NCBI GenBank assembly: GCA_963837175.1
Contig: CAWIMJ010000034.1
Location: forward strand, 32,001-96,000
Source: an uncultured Nitrososphaeraceae archaeon
GTDB lineage: Archaea; Thermoproteota; Nitrososphaeria; Nitrososphaerales; Nitrososphaeraceae
Reading direction: 5' to 3'
Length of the DNA stretch: 64,000 bases
Shown here: in pieces, positions 55,715 through 64,000 of the stretch
Numbering within the stretch: position 1 is the first letter of the stretch
Layout of the letters: every line of letters starts with the position of its first letter
Notes under the pieces: generated by a model
What the model was told of the DNA's origin: nothing
Database searches by the model: none
The model's input: the letters and a program-made list of their open reading frames with translations, nothing else
Made by a program: the position numbers and the translations under genes

Positions 55715-55837
55715 TAATTTAATTGAAATCTTGTCATTTTTCCCCTTTTTTCTAATTAAAAATTAATTGATATAGTAGCAAGGAATAATTATTTACTATA
55801 CGGGTTCATATTGCAATCAATAATATACAATCACCAT

Positions 55838-55932
55838 TGGATACAAAAGTATAAACCCAAAAAGATATTTGAAAGGAAAACGAAAATCGAGGAATTCATC
55901 ATCTATGAAACATTAATAAAAATTGGTTCAGT
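55838..55932 (+). mobile_element. Short IS6 transposase fragment
   Basis: Nearly identical to about 60485-60579. Confidence 0.7.
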
Positions 55933-56036
55933 ATACTGATTATCAATTTTATTATTATAAATCATAAAACTACAGAAATACTTATCGCATTTTTCAGTTA
56001 TGATTATATGAAGAGTCTTATTTTTATGGTTGTAAT

Positions 56037-56816
56037 ATGATTAAAGAAAAAGATCTTTTTGTGGTAATGTCTATGGTAGCAACAGTAGCATTAATACTAA
56101 CAACAAGCATTGGAATACCTTTTGACATAGCAAATGGTCAAATGGCCTCATGTGACAATGGAGAATTAAATCCATCGCCTTCCAGTCATGTGCTTCCAGT
56201 AATTCTTGTACATGGATATAGAGAAGATTCATCGATATGGTATGAATGGGAACAAAACCTTGAAAGTGATGGCATTCAATTTTGTTTAGTATCTTTCCAT
56301 CCTGATGATATATGTGGAACCGCTTTAGATGATGCTAGCGAATTAAGCCAAATAGTTCAAAGAGTCAAAAGTATGACGCTACAAAATCAAGTAAATATAG
56401 TTGCTCATAGCAAAGGTGGATTAGATGCAAGAGTATATTTGGCCATGACTGGTACTCATGATGTTGCAAACTTGATAATGATTGGAACTCCAAATGCAGG
56501 GTCACCCTTAGCAGATTTCACAGAATACTATAACTCTGACCCGTTTTGTCCAGCTGTACGTGATTTTACAACTTATGCCTGGGATATCAATAGCGGCAGG
56601 AATACAAATACAAAGTATCACACTATTGCAGGTGACTGGTATCCAGATTATGAGGGAAACCCCTACATTCCAGGTCATGATGATGGATGGGTGGCTGTAA
56701 AAAGTGTAGAATCGCAACCATATTTCCACAGTCTTGGACATACTTTACACAAACATTTGGATTTATTAAGCAACATTGAATATGGATTGGCACAGCATAT
56801 ATTACTTGGAAGATGA
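56037..56816 (+). CDS. Secreted alpha/beta hydrolase (lipase/esterase)
   Basis: Signal peptide, 'VILVHGY', nucleophile 'AHSKGG', 'GTPNAGS', 'DDGWV'. Confidence 0.85.
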   Translation: MIKEKDLFVVMSMVATVALILTTSIGIPFDIANGQMASCDNGELNPSPSSHVLPVILVHGYREDSSIWYEWEQNLESDGIQFCLVSFHPDDICGTALDDASELSQIVQRVKSMTLQNQVNIVAHSKGGLDARVYLAMTGTHDVANLIMIGTPNAGSPLADFTEYYNSDPFCPAVRDFTTYAWDINSGRNTNTKYHTIAGDWYPDYEGNPYIPGHDDGWVAVKSVESQPYFHSLGHTLHKHLDLLSNIEYGLAQHILLGR

Positions 56817-57360
56817 GAAGATGAGCAAGTAGGGATGGAAGCAATTTGTTGGAATAGTTGCAAGAATCGCACATTTAATACATCTATCTAATAATCAGTC
56901 TTTTCTAACATTTTTCTGTATCAAATACCAAATCATGGAAAAATTGTGGATCTTGTATGCTTTATTAATTTTTCAATAGCTTCACATGGTCTCCTATTCT
57001 TAATCTTCAAATTCGATATTCGGTAATATATGACCCAAATCTGTAAGTCCCTTAATACCATTTAGAAAATTTTTGGTCTAACTTCGTTTCAGTCAATAAA
57101 TTGGATAAGATGGAATCCTCCATTCTATTGAACCCCTTTACCACAAGGGATATTAATTTCAAAAGAAACTCCTTAGAATATTAGCACATATAGGATAGAA
57201 TTATTACAGATACTCTCAATTCAAATACTGTGTAGTGGTAACAGTTGGAAACAGATGATAGCAAAGGTAACGAAGTGGTAGCAATGATAACAAAATTGGT
57301 AACAGGGGTAGCAAGAGCTTTAAGCTTCTGTTAAGTATAATCAGATATAAAGTTGTCAAT

Positions 57361-58439
57361 AATGACAAGACAAGAAAAATAAAAGATTTGTTTTAGATCT
57401 TTATAACCAAGGTAAAACAATTCGTGAAATAGCAAAAGAGGCTAGAATGTCATTTAGAGATATAGGAGCTATTTTGAACAAAGTAGTTGAAGAGAAAACA
57501 GAGACATTAAAAGAATATAATAATGGCGCAGAGAAGAGTCAACAAGAAGAAGAAGAACAGCTATCTCTATCAACCCAAGCATACAAACTCTTTTCAGAAG
57601 GTAAGACTCCTTTGGAAGTATCTGTTGCATTAAACCTAAGAGAGTCAGAAGCAACTAAATTCTGTAGAGAGTATCGGAAGCTAAAACAACTACACAATCT
57701 GAATATGGTTTATGAAGAGATTAAAGATGACATTACATCATTTCTAAAGTTATACAAATTAGCTAAGAGAAAAGGTATAGGTGTCAGGCATGTTGTTGAC
57801 ATTCTTGCAATTGCTAACAATGATTTACCAGCTATTGAAGAGAGAGTCAAAACGCTAAGAAATGAGATAAGTACGCTGAAATTTCAAAAATATACATGCA
57901 AGAGAAATTTATATCAATTGAATAATCAAATAGCATCAACAACTAAACTCCTGAATTCTTTTCGTATATCTTGTGAAAGAGAAAGAAGAGAGATACAAAG
58001 TCTCCGCAATGAAAAGACAAGACTTGAAGCACTTATAATAGAATTTAAGAATAATAATGAAGATTATCTCAAAATTAAACAGGCAGCTGAAGAAAATGCG
58101 AGAACAGTTTTAATTAACAGTAAAATACTCTTAAGATTTGCGACTGCATCAGTAATTGAATCATTAAGAAGAAACCCTGAATTATGTAATTTTGTATTGA
58201 ATGATATTTCAAATAATAATATTTGTGGATCTAATTGTGATTCGTTAACGTTGCCAGGAGAACAGCAGCAACAATCATTTAGCTGTCTTAATGATGATAT
58301 CTATACTGCTTTGATATTAGAAGAAGCTGAAAAGATTTACAATACTTTAACAACAAGATTGAGAAATGAAGTTATGGCAGCAGCTGCAGCGATGAAGATA
58401 TCATTACCGTTACCACCATCATCATCTAATAACAGCTAG
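57361..58439 (+). pseudogene. Paralog of the 44661 HTH/coiled-coil protein, 5' end frameshifted
   Basis: High similarity to 44724-45680; 'MTRQEK*' is broken at about 57380; upstream DNA (57219-57303 vs 44574-44658) is also conserved. Confidence 0.75.
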
Positions 58440-59051
58440 AAACTAGACTATAAGAATGATGAAATAGAAGAAACTACATGTAATAATAATCAACCACAAA
58501 TTTATAACGGTAATCAAGAGCAAGCAAATGAATAGTAACAGCTATTGTCAACAAAATTGCAGCTTATTTTATAAATATTCAAAATCTATCAGATGCTGAT
58601 TCTTTTAGTAAAATAAAGCAGTGGATTTTAAATAGTAAAACCAAAGGCCTGGGAATGGCTGTTTTTTCTAACTAAAACGTTTGTAATAAGATGTTAAAAA
58701 ATAATAACTAATAAGAGTTATGAAGCAAGGAAAGATACACAAATCAATATAATATATACTCAGGATATGAGCAACAAAAAAGAGAAGTAGGATATTTTCA
58801 TTAAATTTGTTTCATTTAACCTTCTTAACGGAAGAGTATTACGGCTGCAGGAATACCCTGAACTCTATTAATATCTGTTATTCTTGAATGTAGTAGATAT
58901 GCGAATTTATGTTAGTTAGTATATAATATAGAGAGTAGTAGAACTTATTTTATTAGTTTTAGTAGTTCTCCAATTTAGGCGCGCCGCCTAATTTCATGTG
59001 GTTATCAACAAAAGTAAGTGAGTCTATAATTGCTTTTATTGTTCAGCAAAA

Positions 59052-59250
59052 ATATTTTTCGACGAGGCGGTGCGAAGTAAGAAAACTAATAAACGCTTAC
59101 CATTGAATTTAGAGGACTCTACAAAACATGAATGCGCAATAATAGAGCCGCGCGCCGACAGGAGAAAAGTTTGTTTTATGGTAAGTAGTTTTATTATTAG
59201 TTCTCTATATTTTATTTATTGACAAATTTGGTTGTGGCTGCAACGAAGAA
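59052..59250. repeat. Imperfect ~200-bp non-coding direct repeat (copy at about 60073-60268)
   Basis: Shared blocks GAAAACTAA.AAACG..TACCATTGAATTTAGAGGACTC, CATGAATG.GC, AATAA.AGAGC.GCGC, GGTAAGT, TGACAAATT..TGTGGCT. Confidence 0.7.
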
Positions 59251-59326
59251 GAGAGAAGAGAATAAAAAGAACAACCCAACGCAAATGAACCAGTAGTAGT
59301 TCGTTTCACAAATTCAATTAGTTAAT

Positions 59327-59908
59327 ATGGCTGGTATCTGCATAATCCAAGGAATAAGCAATTTGGATTCGAAGACTAGAAATGAAATTGTTATCTTAGG
59401 CACGGTATTTGGTTCTCTTCTATTGTCTTATAGTGCTACGGTATTTTTTATTCCGAACGCATATGCTATTAATAACACTGAGGCAATAGGAGGTCTAGCC
59501 GAAACTGTTGATTTAGGCAGTCCCTTTTATATTCAGCATTATCAGTCTGTTGTTGAAAAGCCACAATCCGAAGACGAGCCTGGAAACTTTACAGGCGAAG
59601 GGATACTCAATGGAAGCTTGAGCGTGAGTGCAATAGGGAATAGCACCGAAACCCTCAGAAATAATGACACAGTCTATATCCAAGGGAATGCAAAGTACTT
59701 TACTGATGATAACATGGACATGGCAAACTACAACTTCCAAGCGATAGGTAATTATCGTCCAGACGGTACTTTCGAAAGCAGGGGAGTGGCGATCTTTGAT
59801 GATGTTGCTACTGGAAAACTCTCGGGTCTAAGCAATTCAGTTGCCATCTATAAGGACAGGATTGATACCAACGGAAACGGGACATTTCTTATGTGGCACT
59901 GGAAATAA
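59327..59908 (+). CDS. Secreted or membrane-anchored hypothetical protein (beta-rich)
   Basis: Hydrophobic N-terminus ending 'PNAYA'; 'ATGKLSGLSN' and terminal 'MWHWK'. Confidence 0.65.
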   Translation: MAGICIIQGISNLDSKTRNEIVILGTVFGSLLLSYSATVFFIPNAYAINNTEAIGGLAETVDLGSPFYIQHYQSVVEKPQSEDEPGNFTGEGILNGSLSVSAIGNSTETLRNNDTVYIQGNAKYFTDDNMDMANYNFQAIGNYRPDGTFESRGVAIFDDVATGKLSGLSNSVAIYKDRIDTNGNGTFLMWHWK

Positions 59909-60289
59909 GATATTGTGAAAACAAGAGAAATATTATTTATAGATGGACTGACTGTTAATATGGATCCTAGGTTGACTACCTGCTACATATGCAGCTAAAG
60001 TTTTCAAAAAGACATGGGATTTAATTTTCATAGCATCAAATTTTTGAAATGAAAGAGTCATAGCTCTTAACGATATTTTTTGATGAAGTTGTTCGGAGAA
60101 AACTAACAAACGGCTACCATTGAATTTAGAGGACTCAACGCGCCATGAATGTGCGGGTTTTTATGCTGTCAATAACAGAGCTGCGCTCGGCCAGAGTAAA
60201 CAACTATTCTTTGGTAAGTGGTCTTTATATTACAAATGCTGACAAATTGAGTGTGGCTTCTAAGAAGAAAACACAACAACACTCCTCTG

Positions 60290-61055
60290 GGCTCTGTTCA
60301 CTTAACGATAAATCTATAGCTTGAAGATGTCCTATCTCTTTTTATGAATACAAGAAACAGAACATCTTCAGAATATATTGGCTATGGTCTATATTTTTAT
60401 TTTTCAGGTCTTTCATTAAGAAAGACAGCCGAAAGATTATCGTCTTGTTTTATAAAAGAGAAATCATGTATAATCAATCTGGAATTGGATACAAAAGTAT
60501 AAACCTAAAAAGATATTTGAAAGGAAAAAGAAAATCGAGGAATTCATCATCGATGAAACATTAATAAAAATTGGTTCAGAATTGATATGGCTTTGGGTTG
60601 CTATTGAACTTGAGAGTAAGGAAATCCTTGGAATTAGTATAACCAAAGAGAGAAATATGCTCTTAGCTGATCGATTTATTTCAAGCTTAGTTGGGATTCA
60701 TGGTCAACATCCAGTTTCCACAGATGGAGGTACTTGGTATCCACAGGCTTGTAGGTTCTTGAGATTGCCTCATCATATCCATTCCTCTTATACCAGTTAG
60801 CAAAAGTATTCTAACTACACTTTAGGAGTTTCAGAGATAAAAATCGATTGTTGAGTTAGAGAAATTATGCAAATTGGTATATGAGAAAAGCATTATAGAA
60901 AGAACAATGCAGTACATAAAAGATAGAACCGAATGCTTTGATGACTATTTCCCTTGCAGAAAGAAGAATTGTAAATTATTACATGTGTGGAATTGGTTAA
61001 ATCTATTCATCGGTTATCATAACAAGCAATTACAAATCGTTAAGTGAACAGAGCC
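60290..61055 (+). mobile_element. IS6-family element, inactivated
   Basis: TIRs GGCTCTGTTCACTTAAC / GTTAAGTGAACAGAGCC; transposase frameshifted and interrupted by a MITE; no TSD seen. Confidence 0.9.
60789..60881. mobile_element. 93-bp TA-flanked MITE inserted in the IS6 transposase
   Basis: TIRs TATACCAGTTAGCAAAA / TTATGCAAATTGGTATA; removing it restores 'HIHSSYEKSIIER'. Confidence 0.8.
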
Positions 61056-61189
61056 GTCAAATCAATCTAAAAAATTATATGTCAATACTTTATTATATAT
61101 ATCCGCGAATCAGACACGAATGAAAATGAAGTATCTGTTGTCATCAATTATTATTAGACAAAAACTACACTGGCTCTGTTATACCTATT

Positions 61190-62716
61190 CTATAGAGAAG
61201 AATATATTTTATAGATTGATCCACCATAAGTAAGAACATATAAACTACCATCATACGGGCTAACTTGTATATCAGTAATTACACCAAATCCTTTTCCAAA
61301 TATTGTTTCATGCATTTCATCTGGAGTATTTGCAATTTTATCTGTAAGCGGACTACCATCACCAAACAATAATCCTGTTCTTTCAGGATTTAATTTAAAA
61401 TTATACAACCAGCCAAGATTAGTATCACCTATAAACATAGTATTTTGGTATTGTTTTCCTAATTTATCGGAGTTGAGAAATTTAAGTGCAGTTACACCAA
61501 GTGTTGCAGTCCAAACAAACTCTGGATCGCTATATTGGCTATTTGCACCAAAATTAACTAAATCAGTAGCAGGATTTATTGTTGTGCTGTTTGTTGCTGT
61601 TGCTGTTGCTGTTGCTGTTGTCTGTGATGAAGAATCATCCTCTGAATCATCCTCTGAAACTTCTGTAATTACATCTTTTACAAAACCTTCAATCTTTGAA
61701 TATCCACTATTAAATCCTGGTTCAACTAGGTTAATTTCATCTGCAAATTCATGACCATTCTCTGTATCCCATAATTTTCCAGTAATAGGATCAAAGTCCA
61801 TTCCAAAAGTATTACGTATACCATATGCATAATAGTAAGGACTCATTGGTTGTATGGATCCTAATGGAGGATTTAGTTGTACTTGACCATCCTGTGTCAC
61901 TCTAAGTATACCACTAGTTCCATCAAGTGGTGCTCCATCAAGAACATTCTGAGCTTGACCTCTATGACCTATAACATCACCAATACCAACGTATACATAA
62001 TTATCAGTAGGGCCGATCATTACCTTACCAGCATTATGCGCTCTTTCAGCATTTTCTCTATCTGGTGGTGGATGCGCTGGAAGATCCAAAAGTAATTTTG
62101 GATTTACTAACTGATTGTCTACTAATTCATATCTGTAAAGACGATTGCCTAATACATTTTCTTCTGAATCAACATCATCACCATCTGTTGCGCTGCTAGA
62201 TTCCGTATAATATAAGAAAACATAAGTAGTGCCATTTTCATGTTGTGATACAGCAATTCCTAGCATTCCTCTCTCAGCTAGATTAGCAACACTTACATCA
62301 AGAAGTGCTTCCGGATTTAATTGACCATTTATGATTCTCTTTACCATACCTGTATTTTTTTCAGTTACTAAAATGTCATTTGGACCTACAAATGCCATAC
62401 TGGTAGGATGGTCAAGTCCAGTAAAGATTTGTTCTAATTTTAGACTAGGATCATTAAGTGTAGGTCCTCCCGGGAGAGGTTTAGACTTTGTATTATGAAT
62501 TGTAGTAGGGATATCATCTGTAGAACTAGAACTAGTGCTAGAAGAAGAATCAGAAGAGCTAGTGCTAGAAGAAGAATCAGAAGAGCTAGTGCTAGAAGAA
62601 GAATCAGAAGAGCTAGAAGCTTGTGCTAGATTTATTATTGGTAGGAAGCTTAGTATTAAAATTAAAACTAAAAGTAATAGAAAAGATATAATGATGTGAC
62701 CTTTTGTATACCTCAA
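61190..62716 (-). CDS. PQQ-dependent sugar dehydrogenase (glucose/sorbosone dehydrogenase family), secreted, with Ser-rich linker
   Basis: 'GLDHPTSMAF', 'ERGMLGIA', 'HNAGK', 'YAYGIRNTFGMDFDP', 'DEINLV'. Confidence 0.9.
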   Translation of the reverse strand: MRYTKGHIIISFLLLLVLILILSFLPIINLAQASSSSDSSSSTSSSDSSSSTSSSDSSSSTSSSSTDDIPTTIHNTKSKPLPGGPTLNDPSLKLEQIFTGLDHPTSMAFVGPNDILVTEKNTGMVKRIINGQLNPEALLDVSVANLAERGMLGIAVSQHENGTTYVFLYYTESSSATDGDDVDSEENVLGNRLYRYELVDNQLVNPKLLLDLPAHPPPDRENAERAHNAGKVMIGPTDNYVYVGIGDVIGHRGQAQNVLDGAPLDGTSGILRVTQDGQVQLNPPLGSIQPMSPYYYAYGIRNTFGMDFDPITGKLWDTENGHEFADEINLVEPGFNSGYSKIEGFVKDVITEVSEDDSEDDSSSQTTATATATATNSTTINPATDLVNFGANSQYSDPEFVWTATLGVTALKFLNSDKLGKQYQNTMFIGDTNLGWLYNFKLNPERTGLLFGDGSPLTDKIANTPDEMHETIFGKGFGVITDIQVSPYDGSLYVLTYGGSIYKIYSSL

Positions 62717-62800
62717 CGAAAAAGATAATGTCTTCTATGATTTAAAGTTATAAGACAAAGAAATATTGTTCTTTATTATATATTTGTGTTACATGGCAGC

Positions 62801-62923
62801 GCCTTCGTAGCTTAGGCTGGTAGAGCGTTGACTTTAATAGAAAGACATAAGGTCAAAACCTATCTATGGCCAAATGCTCCTCCTGTGGTCAAGGTATCAA
62901 GTCAACATGCGTTAGAGAAGGCT
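62801..62923 (+). pseudogene. Possible degenerate intron-containing tRNA
   Basis: 5' GCCTTCGTAGCTTAGGCTGGTAGAGC looks like a D-arm; GCCTTC/GAAGGC and GTTGACT/AGTCAAC pair; TATA upstream; no T-arm. Confidence 0.35.
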
Positions 62924-62964
62924 CAAAAGGCTTAATGCTAAAAGTTGGAATTTACTGCTCTTAT

Positions 62965-63980
62965 TGCTTTGTTGCACAACTCATTTAGATAATCATTCAT
63001 CTATCTTCCAATACTAATTGATAATTATGTAATGGCTATACTCTGAAACCAGTTATACAATGATACTTTCAGCATTATCTCCTTTACCATGTTTTCAAAT
63101 CTAATAGCAGTAACATATTCTCCAAACATTCTCTTGATACAGGAAAAGATAGTTTCTACAATCCATCTCTTGCCATAGATGACGCTATCCTTCCATTGTT
63201 GTAAATCGGTTTTCTGTGATTGTACAGCCTTGTTTCTGAGATAGTGATTTGTTTTTCTGTATATGGAATTCTTTCGTACCTTTATTGCTGGTCTGATTCC
63301 TTTAAATGATAATAGTTGGAAATTCCTGTTACTGTCATATGAACCATCAGCAATAACAGATTCTACTGTCTTATTTTGATTTATTGTTATATATCATCTA
63401 TCAATTCTGACAGTACTTTACCATCATGTACTTGTTCGCTGGTTACATCTAATGATATTATTTTCTTCTTTTTGATATCAACTGCTACATGTATCTTTAG
63501 GTATCCTCTCTTTACATTCCACTTATGTCTAATCCATTCACCTCTATTTGTTACCTTGATACCAGTCGAATCAACTGCAATTACAAAATAATCATCATTG
63601 TTGTTATTGTTTTTTGTTGTTTATGTTGATATCTAATCTGTTTATTCTTCTGCTAATGTTACTATAATAATCAGGAATGGATGGTAATGTACCTTGAAGC
63701 GCGTTCTCGTCCTACACCTTCGGTTTGTCTATAAGGTAGATGAAAGTACACCCTCATGTAGCCAAGTAATTCGATAAATGAATCTGGATAAACAAATTTT
63801 CTACCTTTCTTATCTTTGTTCATCTCATCTAATTCGATATGCCAATTATCAATAACATCAAAATCAAGTAATACCTCACCACGTTTAACAAGAGATTCGT
63901 TGTAATTTCTCCAGTTCATATAAGATGACTATTATCGGTTAGCTAAATGTGTTTATAGCAATGAGTTGTGCAACAAAGCA
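62965..63980 (-). mobile_element. IS5-family (IS903-like) element with frameshifted transposase; 8-bp TSD GCTCTTAT
   Basis: Perfect 20-bp TIRs TGCTTTGTTGCACAACTCAT / ATGAGTTGTGCAACAAAGCA; 'MNWRNYNESLVKRG', 'HLPYRQTEG', 'AVDSTG', 'ADGSYD', 'RWIVETIFS'. Confidence 0.9.
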
Positions 63981-64000
63981 GCTCTTATTGCAATATCTAT

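Overview
AT-rich accessory region, most likely from a soil ammonia-oxidising archaeon (Nitrososphaeraceae-like). This is inferred from the archaeal SSV1-type integrase, BRE/TATA promoters, FUN14, PQQ sugar dehydrogenase and multicopy HTH/coiled-coil families; no rRNA is present to confirm it. The window is dense in IS elements (IS630, IS5 x2, IS6 x3), MITEs, duplications and frameshifted genes. Main candidate for an undescribed system: a minus-strand operon at 23237-31611. It encodes a ~1020-aa acidic/cationic-amphipathic repeat protein split by three 1-bp insertions, a HEXXH protein and four unknown proteins. Its acidic 'ESExxPF[KR][KI]IxYxESE' leader recurs on dispersed enzymes that lack signal peptides (a SleB-like hydrolase and a PhoD-like phosphatase). 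A lytic transglycosylase remnant missing from the ORF track shares leader DNA with the SleB-like gene, and an amidase and a DUF2272 protein complete the set of four peptidoglycan-active enzymes. Second highlight: a divergent LodA/GoxA-like quinoprotein with a LodB-like flavoprotein, next to a tyrosinase and a VioB-like protein. Also notable is an IS6 whose two terminal inverted repeats each carry the same 188-bp MITE. Family assignments come from motif recognition by eye, not database searches.
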